Below are positions 1 to 9,235 of a stretch of 64,000 nucleotides of DNA, in pieces. The notes below the pieces were generated by a model. It did not search any database, had not been told where the DNA came from, and saw only the letters and a program-made list of their open reading frames with translations. The translations under genes and the position numbers were made by a program. Positions within the stretch are counted from its first letter, which is position 1, and the number at the start of each line of letters is the position of its first letter. Location of the stretch: IMG/VR virus record IMGVR_UViG_3300044712_001255, positions 1 to 64,000 of that record; one strand, given 5' to 3'.

Positions 1-919
1 CAATGTTGATATGCTGGCGTGGTACGTTATCACGATCAAATTTCGGTAGAGCACTGGTTATTTGCGTCACATCAATCAACGGTGGATTGTCATAATCTTC
101 AAGCGAATACTCATATGGACATTGCTCGTTAAGCCCAATACCCCAGTCACGTACTATCTCCTTGGTGCCACCATCCAACGAGTGAATTACGGGTAAACCG
201 CAGGCAATTGCCTCAACTACCACGTTTGGACAGTGATCTAACCAAGCAAGGTGCAACATGTAATCAGCTTGACGATACATCTGTAAGCAAGCTTGATGAT
301 TCACATTTCCAGTGAAAAATACGTGTGGTTCACAATCTCTGATGTGACATTTCGTCGGAGAAGAACCCATAACGATCAAACAACTACGTGGATAGAAACT
401 TCTACGTAAGTGAGCAAACATTTCGTAGTTTGATCGAAGACGTTTTTGATTGTGCCAATTTGACGATGCAACAAAAATCTTGTCGTATGATTGACGTATC
501 GGTGTCAAGTCTACAGTTGTCTGATTACGAGGCACCTTGAATACATTGTCAACTTCAAGAAGGTCAATACCATTTGAAATTACGACAAATGACTTTGATT
601 GTCCCCACCACTTGGTGACCTGTGTAGCATTGAATTGTGATTGGAAGATGACTACATTGGCACGATGGTAGGCTGCTTTGATACCCACGTTCTTGTGCAA
701 GAATTCGCGAGGGCTAAACCATACACCATCTAAACGTTGCGCAAATGGTTTTCGTGGGTCTGCTCGAGAAGTCGGCTCAATGAACGTAAGTGAAACGTCA
801 TAATCAACAAGATCTGCGATGACATGACCACGATTAGCTAAAGCTTTTGCTATCCTTCCACCAAACGTATTTGGACCAGAGCGAGACGTAAAGTCAATTC
901 CATCAAACAGAACTTTCAC
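1..919 (-). CDS. Glycosyltransferase, GT4-like (GT-B); partial, runs off the left end
   Basis: Not in ORF track. Manual translation from GTG at 919 (MKVLFDGIDFTSRSGPNTFGGRIAKAL...) is open to the window edge and contains DHCPNVVVEAIACGLPVI, the GT4 C-terminal Rossmann motif. Confidence 0.85.
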   Translation of the reverse strand, partial: MKVLFDGIDFTSRSGPNTFGGRIAKALANRGHVIADLVDYDVSLTFIEPTSRADPRKPFAQRLDGVWFSPREFLHKNVGIKAAYHRANVVIFQSQFNATQVTKWWGQSKSFVVISNGIDLLEVDNVFKVPRNQTTVDLTPIRQSYDKIFVASSNWHNQKRLRSNYEMFAHLRRSFYPRSCLIVMGSSPTKCHIRDCEPHVFFTGNVNHQACLQMYRQADYMLHLAWLDHCPNVVVEAIACGLPVIHSLDGGTKEIVRDWGIGLNEQCPYEYSLEDYDNPPLIDVTQITSALPKFDRDNVPRQHINI

Positions 920-922
920 AAC

Positions 923-1312
923 CTAGTTCCTCTTTTTAATTGCTGCAACGATCTCTGCGGCGACAGGCGTTCCACGTAAAAATAGAGCACAATGAGCAAG
1001 TTCCTTTGTGCTCATGTCACTAGTTTTGGGACGCTTGTCGAAGATATTTGGGTCAAGTGCTTCTTCTCGACCGTTGATGGTGACCATGTCATAATACGCT
1101 TGAGATACGTAATTTACGCCAACGTCTGTCATGTGAGCCTTCAACGCAGGCACAAGAATGACAATTTCCTGCACGGTGAGAAAGATTTTCTGATAGATCT
1201 CAATGCACGCTGCCTTGTCAAGTGAACGATCCTTGTCGACAAATTCCTCGCTCAGCCTATCTTTTAACATCGCAGCTACAAGCTTATGAATCTCTAATGA
1301 TCTATCAGTCAT
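923..1312 (-). CDS. Hypothetical protein
   Basis: ORF 923..1366; start moved to ATG 1312 (MTDRSL) because of a GAGGT SD and overlap with the upstream stop. Confidence 0.7.
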   Translation of the reverse strand: MTDRSLEIHKLVAAMLKDRLSEEFVDKDRSLDKAACIEIYQKIFLTVQEIVILVPALKAHMTDVGVNYVSQAYYDMVTINGREEALDPNIFDKRPKTSDMSTKELAHCALFLRGTPVAAEIVAAIKKRN

Positions 1313-2291
1313 TGCATACCTCTTTGATGTACTCACAATACAAGCGAATACTTTCCTTCCAATCAATCAACACAGAATTGTTTTGTATAGGCAAAGATCT
1401 CAAACAATTGGCTCTTTTGGCGCTTAGATCAATGTCTAGCAATTTCACAAGATGATCAAAATCATCATAAGTGTATGATGAATCATTCACAAATTCAACA
1501 GCACCACCACCATCCTTGTGTACGTAAACGGGCAACTGACACGCTAAAGCTTCAAGAATGTGATTAGGACCAGGATCGAAACGTGATGCTGACACATACG
1601 TGTCGTACTTCCCAAGTTCATCTCCCAAGCGTCGACCAGACAATGGCCCAATCACCTTAGTATTTTTGAAAGTGTTTCGATGACGACCAATGTACGTAAA
1701 CGTAAAATCATCTTGTCTTGACGCAACGAGACGATCAAGGGCATCGTAGATATCAAATCCCTTTAGCTCATTGTTTGACCAATGATGGGCTACGATATTA
1801 AGACGCTGTGTTTCTTGCGTCAAGCTTGCATCATTGATCTTCTCATTCAACTTGAAGATATCACGATCAACTCCATTGATGATTACAGAGTTTTGCTGAC
1901 ATTGCCACCTAGAACCATAATACGATCGCAGCCACCTACTGACCCACACAGTTGCGTCAACGTACTGAGACGCTTTGATCCAAACGTCATCCACCCCTCT
2001 AGTAGCTTTACGTGCATCATTCTCGTTGACTCGTAGAATCAACTTGAATTTTTCGCCTTGACTTTCCTGCAACATCTTGTAACCAATCAAACGACCAACG
2101 CCGAGACCGGTAGTTTGCTGATCATCGTCCAGCGCAATTACGAGCGCAGCATCAGGAGGCGTCATATGATCATCAGGTGGAACAATATGCACATCAAATT
2201 CCTCGGCATATCGATACAGGGCCTGCACAAACATATTGCCACCGCCCCAAGGACCACGAACTGGAGCGCGATTCACGTATAGATTGATCAC
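1305..2291 (-). CDS. Glycosyltransferase, GT4-like
   Basis: N-terminal GPWGGGNMFV; C-terminal YVSASRFDPGPNHILEALACQLPV and KGFD motifs. Confidence 0.88.
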   Translation of the reverse strand: MINLYVNRAPVRGPWGGGNMFVQALYRYAEEFDVHIVPPDDHMTPPDAALVIALDDDQQTTGLGVGRLIGYKMLQESQGEKFKLILRVNENDARKATRGVDDVWIKASQYVDATVWVSRWLRSYYGSRWQCQQNSVIINGVDRDIFKLNEKINDASLTQETQRLNIVAHHWSNNELKGFDIYDALDRLVASRQDDFTFTYIGRHRNTFKNTKVIGPLSGRRLGDELGKYDTYVSASRFDPGPNHILEALACQLPVYVHKDGGGAVEFVNDSSYTYDDFDHLVKLLDIDLSAKRANCLRSLPIQNNSVLIDWKESIRLYCEYIKEVCND

Positions 2292-2533
2292 TTGTCTTTT
2301 CCGTTGTTGATTAGCGTACCCACAGCGGATGCGCTATAGTCGATGTTTGATATAGAAACACGTAGATGCTCATGTACAGCTTGCAACGCAGAAGCAATTC
2401 GCATCGCTGCGTCTCGTTGTTCATCAAGTTTCTTGCGCAAAGAAGCAACCTCACCTTCAAGAACATTGATACGTTGTCGAAGGTTATCAGCTTCTGCCCA
2501 TGCTATTGCAAGGTGCTCATTGTTATCCGACAT
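2288..2533 (-). CDS. Small coiled-coil protein
   Basis: 81 aa with heptad pattern; overlaps both neighbouring genes. Confidence 0.7.
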   Translation of the reverse strand: MSDNNEHLAIAWAEADNLRQRINVLEGEVASLRKKLDEQRDAAMRIASALQAVHEHLRVSISNIDYSASAVGTLINNGKDK

Positions 2534-3263
2534 AACCTCTACCTCTCAAGAACTCTGCCTCTGAGCGCTGGAATTTTGCGTCTGACGTTTGATACGTCTC
2601 AGGCACGTCATCAATCGTATAATGATACATCACACGCGGTATGAACACACGTCGCTTAGCGCGATGTAGACATGGTAAGTAAATTGCTTGGTCACCTGCA
2701 CGGCGTATGTAGGCGCCGTCTTCACCTCTGAAGTTCTCATCATGAACTCCAGAAATTAGACTCTTACGAAATGTCTTTAAATGACTTGACACCCACGGAT
2801 GTTTGTATGGGTCAGCGCCTTCTTGCATTGGTGCGCTGATGTTCTTGTCAGAGAATCCCCATCGATGAGCTGTCCACGCTATATCACAGCCAGTCTGATT
2901 GTAATACTCATTGATGATGTAGAGCGCATCAAGGTCTGTCAGCCAATCATCAGCGTCTATGCGGCAGACGATATCATCTTCTTCACACTCTTTGATTCCA
3001 GAAAGTACGTTTGCAACTTCCCACAATTTTTCCGTATTGAAACGAAGACTAATACGCTTGCAGCCACTTTCTTTGAGGGACTTGAATCGTGTGACAATCC
3101 GAGAACATTCAATACGTTGGTCGTAGTCGGACATATCGTCAATCAATATCAACTTCCAATACGGATACGATTGCCCGACTAACGAATGCAACAATGTTGG
3201 CAACGTGGATGACGCGTTGTAACACGGCGCAATGAAAACAAATTGGTTATTTGTTGTCACCAC
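2523..3263 (-). CDS. Glycosyltransferase family 2 (GT-A)
   Basis: FIAPCYNA...LIDDMSD N-terminus and RIDADDWL DxD motif. Confidence 0.92.
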   Translation of the reverse strand: MVTTNNQFVFIAPCYNASSTLPTLLHSLVGQSYPYWKLILIDDMSDYDQRIECSRIVTRFKSLKESGCKRISLRFNTEKLWEVANVLSGIKECEEDDIVCRIDADDWLTDLDALYIINEYYNQTGCDIAWTAHRWGFSDKNISAPMQEGADPYKHPWVSSHLKTFRKSLISGVHDENFRGEDGAYIRRAGDQAIYLPCLHRAKRRVFIPRVMYHYTIDDVPETYQTSDAKFQRSEAEFLRGRGYVG

Positions 3264-3982
3264 TCTCCCTCAACGCCGGGGGCCGTGAGAAGCACCTGCC
3301 CGTAATCAATTTCATCATCTGATTTGCCTCGTTCATCAAGAAACATTCGCCTGTCCATGATGATGAGTTCCTTACTAGCAAACTCTATCTCATCGATCAA
3401 GCGTTTGCACTCAATATCTGGAGACGGGGGGTTGGTGTGATAGTCGTCAAATAAGACGAACTTCCAATTTCGATCCTTTACCAATTCCCAGTCGAGCTTT
3501 GTAGCTGCGTACGAATGATCACCATCAACGTACGCAAAATCTACGTTCAGATCCTTCAGCTCTCCAGCTAATACGTCGCCAGATTTACCGCGATAGAAGT
3601 TGATGTTCTTAAACCACTCGTGTGGAAAAATACCAGTCAACCCCTTGACGTATTCTTCACTAAGATTTGGATCGATTGTGTAGACTTTACCATCATCTCC
3701 ATTGTCAACCATTGCCTTGGCGGCACACATTGTGCCGTACCCACGACCAAAGCCGATCTCAAGGAAGCTCTTTAGCTTGAACTTTCTGATGAGATAATAG
3801 ATGAGAATTCCTCTTTCATAGTTGCTGCGATAGAACGCACCATACTTTGCGTAGTTGGGTTCATCTGGGCGGCGATTACGCTTTGCTGTAAATTCTGCTA
3901 TTGAGTCAAAGTCGCCCAACACAATAGAATCAAGCGCAACGTCAATTTGAACAAGCTTGTCTTTGATATTGATTCTCTTCAT
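3257..3982 (-). CDS. Class I SAM-dependent methyltransferase (Methyltransf_24-like)
   Basis: FLEIGFGRGYG motif I and FAYVDGDHSY. Start moved to ATG 3982 (TAATG overlap, GAGGAAG SD). Confidence 0.88.
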   Translation of the reverse strand: MKRINIKDKLVQIDVALDSIVLGDFDSIAEFTAKRNRRPDEPNYAKYGAFYRSNYERGILIYYLIRKFKLKSFLEIGFGRGYGTMCAAKAMVDNGDDGKVYTIDPNLSEEYVKGLTGIFPHEWFKNINFYRGKSGDVLAGELKDLNVDFAYVDGDHSYAATKLDWELVKDRNWKFVLFDDYHTNPPSPDIECKRLIDEIEFASKELIIMDRRMFLDERGKSDDEIDYGQVLLTAPGVEGEW

Positions 3983-5925
3983 TACTTCCTCACGATCTTG
4001 GGCTCTGACATTGCGATCTTGATGCTTGGCGTGTGTTGGCCTGTCCACTTGCTGTGGAACACATGACCACCGGTGAGCGCTGACAGAGAAATAGCCAACA
4101 TCTTAATCATTTCATCCGTGACATCTGCCCATGGCACACCGAAAAACATGTTATTCTCAGCGGTATCTGCTGATGACTTATTGTAGAGGTCGTTCCAATG
4201 ATTCTGCCAATAGTCTCGATATAAACGTATCTTCCGTTCCATGTCATACCAGCTGTAGTGGAAGACACTCGGTACATCACGAACAATCTGGTTCATCACT
4301 TCCTGGTACTTCTGCAATGCACCGTCCTGATTATTGAGCGCAGCTTGTCGCAGCCCCTCAAGTTCAGCGTTCCAAAATGTGATGTGTGGAATTGGATCAC
4401 CAGTTTCGGTGTGAATTAGATCACATCCGTCAGTTCCTGGGCGAGCGTAAAGTTCTCCCTTGTCATCTTGCGCACGTAACTGACGTGGAATACCGTGAGT
4501 GATATACGGCTTGTTACGTGTCAAACGCCACTTCCACGGAGTGACGTCGATTCGTACCTTGTCTGCGCTTCCCCAATACTCAACAACAGGGAGACATACG
4601 ACATCAATTCCTGACGTTATTGATCGGCAAACTTCCTTCACCTTTTCTACGTGATCTTCATGGACAATTTCATCGCTGTCCATTTGCCAACAAAATTCCT
4701 TTGTGCACATTTTGCGAGCTTCGGCTTTTTGCATCCCGTCAAAGATTGCATGTCGAGGCGCAGCCCAATCACGAGGAATTTGTTTCACTTTCAAACGTTC
4801 GATTACAGACCCGTCGATTTCGTTAAATCGTTGGTACCCAAGCGCCATTTGTTGTAGAACGCTCCACGTTCCGTCTGTTGATCCACCGTCTACGACGCAA
4901 ACCTCATCGCAAAACTGCAACATAGATTCAATACATTCACGAAATGGATATCCTTGTTGCTTGCAATTGTAAGTCGTTGTGTATCCAGAAATGCTGGGCA
5001 CGTAATCGATGATCTTCTTGATGCTGTTCCAAAAAAGACCTGGAGCTGCATAGAGATATTGTTCGATCTCCTCTAAGTTGTCTGTTGCAAACCACTCTTC
5101 ATCCTTGTGCTGAACGTAGTTGTTAAGCTGCAGCTGACAACCTAAAAGTTTTGCTTCGATGACAAGACGTGGACATGTGTCAGCGCCCATAGGTAAATAC
5201 ACGAGTCCTGTACACGCTGCCAGCGTTGCAAGTAATTCATTGTAAGGCTTGTTCCAAACGACTGTGGTAGGCTTGTCATTGTCCTTTGCCCACTGCATTG
5301 CTTGGGAATACCCCTTAATTGGAGAATTTGAGCCAAGTACTACCCACTCCGGCGAGCGTTCCTTCCCGGCTGAAAGTTCACGTAACACTTTAATCTTTGC
5401 AAGCGTCTCAGCAGAGAGCACTGAGCTCAAGACGATATTGTCTCGTTCTGCGAGAAACGGAAACATTGTATGATAGCGAGCCTGCTGAGCTTCTGACATC
5501 CAATAAAGAGCTTGGGCGCCTAAGAAGAACGCAGATACCATCTTTCCATGCATTTGGTTGTGGCAATCGCATGGAACTTGTTCTGCGGCGAAATGAATCT
5601 CAGGTGACCTGTACTTGCAATATTTGTAGTCATATTCAAGCACTGCGTACTTGATGTTTCCAACGATAGTTGGAATCAACTGCATATTCATCTGCGTCCA
5701 ATTGCCGAAGATCCAAAACTTTTGGTGTGCTTCCTGCAAAAGCTTGATTGTTAGGTCCTTTGAATGAAGCTTAAACACCTTGAAAGGTGAAGAATCGATC
5801 AAAGCCTGAGTTGTTAGTTCGGCACCACCCACGTAGTCTTCAACAAACATGTCTGATACAACGACAATGTCTGTGTCTTCTGGGATGCTGATAGAATCGA
5901 ATAGTTGCTGGGATATGTTGAACAC
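3982..5925 (-). CDS. Bifunctional GT4-like + GT2 glycosyltransferase fusion
   Basis: N-half: SDMFVEDYVGGAELT...DTCPRLVIEAKLLGC. C-half: GYTTTYN...VVDGGSTDGT...QMDSDEIV. Start set at GTG 5925 from promoter geometry; ORF track start is 5982. Confidence 0.85.
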   Translation of the reverse strand: MFNISQQLFDSISIPEDTDIVVVSDMFVEDYVGGAELTTQALIDSSPFKVFKLHSKDLTIKLLQEAHQKFWIFGNWTQMNMQLIPTIVGNIKYAVLEYDYKYCKYRSPEIHFAAEQVPCDCHNQMHGKMVSAFFLGAQALYWMSEAQQARYHTMFPFLAERDNIVLSSVLSAETLAKIKVLRELSAGKERSPEWVVLGSNSPIKGYSQAMQWAKDNDKPTTVVWNKPYNELLATLAACTGLVYLPMGADTCPRLVIEAKLLGCQLQLNNYVQHKDEEWFATDNLEEIEQYLYAAPGLFWNSIKKIIDYVPSISGYTTTYNCKQQGYPFRECIESMLQFCDEVCVVDGGSTDGTWSVLQQMALGYQRFNEIDGSVIERLKVKQIPRDWAAPRHAIFDGMQKAEARKMCTKEFCWQMDSDEIVHEDHVEKVKEVCRSITSGIDVVCLPVVEYWGSADKVRIDVTPWKWRLTRNKPYITHGIPRQLRAQDDKGELYARPGTDGCDLIHTETGDPIPHITFWNAELEGLRQAALNNQDGALQKYQEVMNQIVRDVPSVFHYSWYDMERKIRLYRDYWQNHWNDLYNKSSADTAENNMFFGVPWADVTDEMIKMLAISLSALTGGHVFHSKWTGQHTPSIKIAMSEPKIVRK

Positions 5926-5931
5926 GTTGCT

Positions 5932-5960
5932 ATCGTACACCGTGATGATGTTTGTGTTCA
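5932..5960 (-). promoter_or_regulatory. Sigma70-like promoter TGAACA-17-TACGAT, 6 nt upstream of GTG 5925 (predicted leaderless)
   Basis: Hexamers and spacing read directly; the -35 is identical to that of the primase promoter. Confidence 0.65.
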
Positions 5961-5995
5961 ACCCGCGTCGACGCGGTTTCATCTAGATTTAAATT

Positions 5996-6024
5996 TTGAC
6001 CATTTGCCTTGTCCAGAGTAGAAT
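5996..6024 (+). promoter_or_regulatory. Sigma70-like promoter TTGACC-17-TAGAAT
   Basis: Near-consensus hexamers with 17-nt spacer, upstream of the GroEL-like gene. Confidence 0.7.
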
Positions 6025-6072
6025 CTGATCTAGAGTCTCTTAAAGAGATTTTAAGCTTCTGCTGAGACACAA

Positions 6073-7314
6073 ATGTCAAATACTACTAATCTAGTTAATG
6101 TACTTGCGGACGTGTACGCGGGCGAGGAACTTTCATGCGCAAAACGCAAAGAATTACTTTCGTTATATGATCTCATTCAAGACAAATTGATGCTATCGCA
6201 TGGCGAAGTGTCAATCGCTCAGGGATCTTCATTTGATGTGAAGACTAATGATGCAATACACGCCAGACTGCGTGAAATGATCTTGTCATTTGCCACGAAT
6301 GCTGAGGTGATTGGCCCAGGATCATTTACACATGTGATAAAGAATGCTATTGAACAACGTGGAGATGTGTCTACGTGGAGAAATGCTATTGATGGTGGTG
6401 CCACACGGCCAACGTTACTTGACGTTGAATGGCTCATAAATGAGCTTAATCTTGGTAACCTTCGCCACGCATTTGAAGAAGCTGTCAACTTTGCAGGGTT
6501 TGCCGGCCGAATCAAAGTTGAACAAACATCACATCATTTACCGATTGTTGAAAAATCACGTGGGTATACGTTTGATGTCAACGTCAATTCTACGTTCATT
6601 GGAAAATTTCGTGATGTTCGAGTTGTTGCGATTGACGGATTTCTAGAACATGAGTCTGAGGTTCACGGTCTATTAGAGTCATCTCACAATGCAAAAGAAC
6701 CATTTCTGTTATTCATTCGTGGAATGTCGCAAGATGTGGAACACACAATTTCCGTGAATTGGCAACGTGGAACATTACGTGCTATTCCAATCATTGTTCC
6801 ATTCGATGTTGATGGGATCAACATGATAAATGACATTGCCGTGGTATGCGGTACTGATGTTATTTCTTCTCACAAAGGACAACTAATATCAGCTGTGAAA
6901 TATTCTGACCTTTCGTACGTACCTGAAGTTGATGTTTGGGCAAATAGAATCACGATAATAAATGCTGCAACTCGTGTAGCAGTGAACCTACAAATACAAG
7001 AACTTAGACGTAAGCGTTCTGACGTCAAAGATGAATTGACTTCACTTTATGATAAGCGTATAAAGTCACTGTCGCCTGGACTCGTGACGATCAAAATACC
7101 AGATGGTGTTATGTTTCGCTGTAATCGACAACGAGTGGATTTTGCATTACGAGCGTACAGAAGCCTGGTGAATCACGGCACTGTGATCGTGAATGACGAA
7201 AAAATGTTGCTTGACACAGCGGTGGCAGTGACAACATATGCTCCAAAGTTAGTCGCAGCGCTAGATGATCTTGGTGCAGTGATTAACGTTTGTGCTTCTC
7301 AGGCTTCACAGTAG
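6073..7314 (+). CDS. Degenerate GroEL/chaperonin-60-like protein
   Basis: Apical-domain match (EPFLLFIRGMSQDVEHTISVNWQRGTL...INDIAVVCGTDVIS) and KRIKSLSPGLVTIKI...RVDFALRAYRSLVNHG. ATP motifs are degenerate and the protein is only 413 aa. Confidence 0.8.
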   Translation: MSNTTNLVNVLADVYAGEELSCAKRKELLSLYDLIQDKLMLSHGEVSIAQGSSFDVKTNDAIHARLREMILSFATNAEVIGPGSFTHVIKNAIEQRGDVSTWRNAIDGGATRPTLLDVEWLINELNLGNLRHAFEEAVNFAGFAGRIKVEQTSHHLPIVEKSRGYTFDVNVNSTFIGKFRDVRVVAIDGFLEHESEVHGLLESSHNAKEPFLLFIRGMSQDVEHTISVNWQRGTLRAIPIIVPFDVDGINMINDIAVVCGTDVISSHKGQLISAVKYSDLSYVPEVDVWANRITIINAATRVAVNLQIQELRRKRSDVKDELTSLYDKRIKSLSPGLVTIKIPDGVMFRCNRQRVDFALRAYRSLVNHGTVIVNDEKMLLDTAVAVTTYAPKLVAALDDLGAVINVCASQASQ

Positions 7315-8167
7315 CAACTTGCTGCATGTTACCACCTGCGTATGCCTTGATCACTTCCCCAGCTTCTTCTGGTGGTTTACCCTTTAGATCTTCTACGGCT
7401 TTTCTTGATAGCTTCTTTTGCTTGTCAGGAGATACTGAAGCGCGTTGTTGCGCTTCTTGATGTTTTCTCTCTGATTTTGCCTGCGCTACTTGCTTGTCTA
7501 TTTTGCCTGACAATACCTGTGAATCTTTGTCAAGTTGATCGAATGTCTTTTGCAACTTGATTACAGACATCGGAGAAATACGTAGAATTTCGTCTGGTGA
7601 CGCGTCAACTTCGACATCAAGTTGTTTCAGCTGTGTTGAAATATCATCAACGATACTCTCAATTGTCGTATTTTTTTCATCATCTGACATCTTTGTGTTT
7701 GTTTGCAAAGAAACGTCAATGATATCTTGCAAAGATGAGTTGGTATTTAGTTGTTGCTGTATGCCGATCTTATATGAATCTGTAAGAAACATAGATTTCA
7801 ATCCGGTCAAAATTGTATTGATCTTTTGCATTACTGCGACTAATGACGGGAATGCCGCAGAAACATCTTTGCTTTTGCCAGATTGATCTATTTTCTTGTT
7901 CAGAATCGGAATTTTGTCGTCATTAAATGTCTGAGAGTCAGCCTCTCTCAACGCGGCAAACAATACTTTGTGAATTGCGTCAGATAACGCATCATTCGTA
8001 TCGTTCTTAAGTGAATTGTCAATGTCTAACAATTGCTTGTAGAACTTCTTGAATAACAACGTTGTTTGTGCATCAAAGAATTGTCGAGGCTGTCTAGTTT
8101 CACCAGCTTCTTTCAAAACAATCAGATTACGCATCAATCGTCTAGATCTTAGTGTCTGATGGTCCAT
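7283..8167 (-). CDS. Hypothetical helical protein, possible internal head protein
   Basis: 294-aa ORF with N-terminal VLKEA motif; convergent 32-nt overlap with the GroEL-like gene. Confidence 0.7.
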   Translation of the reverse strand: MDHQTLRSRRLMRNLIVLKEAGETRQPRQFFDAQTTLLFKKFYKQLLDIDNSLKNDTNDALSDAIHKVLFAALREADSQTFNDDKIPILNKKIDQSGKSKDVSAAFPSLVAVMQKINTILTGLKSMFLTDSYKIGIQQQLNTNSSLQDIIDVSLQTNTKMSDDEKNTTIESIVDDISTQLKQLDVEVDASPDEILRISPMSVIKLQKTFDQLDKDSQVLSGKIDKQVAQAKSERKHQEAQQRASVSPDKQKKLSRKAVEDLKGKPPEEAGEVIKAYAGGNMQQVATVKPEKHKR

Positions 8168-8170
8168 GAC

Positions 8171-8199
8171 GTTTACGTAGATAGGTAGGTGGTTAGATT
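8171..8199 (+). promoter_or_regulatory. Sigma70-like promoter GTTTAC-17-TAGATT
   Basis: Same GTTTA(C/T)-17-TAnAnT form recurs at 11514 and 28530, with TTTTAC at 49857. Confidence 0.6.
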
Positions 8200-8218
8200 G
8201 TATCTCAGGAAGACTTCC

Positions 8219-8494
8219 ATGTCAAACACTGAAGCTATTTTGAAAAACTTTCGTGACGTTTCTTTGAATGCAAAGGATTCTACAAAGCAAATGTTTGTAG
8301 CAGCTGTACGATCAAAGAAGCTTACGCTGAGCGACGCTCAACTTGCACTTGTGTTTCAAATCATTGACGCAGGTATCGATAATGCTTGGGGAAATTCCGA
8401 GAAGATGATGAAGAATGTTATCGCAAAGGCGATTACTGAACCAGCTGCGACAACGCCGGCAACAAAGGCACCAGCAAACCCAAAAAAGAAATGA
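8219..8494 (+). CDS. Hypothetical protein with Ala/Pro/Lys tail
   Basis: ORF 8189..8494; ATG 8219 has an AGGAAG SD and lies downstream of the promoter. Confidence 0.7.
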   Translation: MSNTEAILKNFRDVSLNAKDSTKQMFVAAVRSKKLTLSDAQLALVFQIIDAGIDNAWGNSEKMMKNVIAKAITEPAATTPATKAPANPKKK

Positions 8495-8534
8495 ACCGAT
8501 TTGCACTTTGGCACTTATGGATTTTTGAGTTATC

Positions 8535-8996
8535 ATGGCGAACGGCATTAAGCATTTGATTAGATGCAGGTGTGTCCTGCCTCAGTTCAAGAACTCAAAT
8601 TCTCCCCCGCAGCATCGGTTCATTGTGTTTTCTGTAGTAAATGATGATGATTCTGTTGTGCCAAAGTTTGCGCAATGCAACAACTGCGGAATCATTCACA
8701 AGGTCATAGACGTTTGTCGCTCAGAGTTTACGACAAAAGAAGATATGACATCATTAAAAACGATCGAAGATGTTAAAGCTTCGATTCCTGAGAAGGCTGC
8801 GTTAGCCCTTGAACGTCACAGAGCTGATTTAGCTACGTGGGAAGCCGTGCAATTCATTATAGAAAATAAAAAGTGGGGTGAAGTGGTTGTATTGTCAACT
8901 GACGAGGCAGAAGGCTTGCGACAGGGGAAATACATTCACATTCTTGGCGAAAGCTTGTTTAAGATAGAATCTTTCGCATCGGAGTACGCAATATGA
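8535..8996 (+). CDS. Hypothetical protein, putative zinc-binding
   Basis: CRC...CNNCG...C cysteine pattern. Confidence 0.7.
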   Translation: MANGIKHLIRCRCVLPQFKNSNSPPQHRFIVFSVVNDDDSVVPKFAQCNNCGIIHKVIDVCRSEFTTKEDMTSLKTIEDVKASIPEKAALALERHRADLATWEAVQFIIENKKWGEVVVLSTDEAEGLRQGKYIHILGESLFKIESFASEYAI

Positions 8997-9235
8997 ACAT
9001 TGGTGAGTTTTCTTCCGAGCGTGATGCAAAGGAAAATCTAACGGCTCGGCAAATTGTGCAAGAGGTTTTGAACTTTGGTGTGAATGACAGGATGATTTTG
9101 CTGATCATACACCAACTAGCGCTTAATCTCGAGAACGTCGAGCACATGAAAGCAGTCGCTCGAGCTGTGGCAGGACTACAAAGCAACGTGTTTCTGATGG
9201 ATCGAACAGATGACGGAGAACTAAAAGATGGGTAG
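8993..9235 (+). CDS. Hypothetical protein
   Basis: ATGA overlap coupling with the upstream gene. Confidence 0.7.
   Translation: MNIGEFSSERDAKENLTARQIVQEVLNFGVNDRMILLIIHQLALNLENVEHMKAVARAVAGLQSNVFLMDRTDDGELKDG

Noticed and set aside
5983-6072. CIRCE heat-shock operator before the GroEL-like gene
   Set aside because: No TTAGCACTC-N9-GAGTGCTAA-like element is present.
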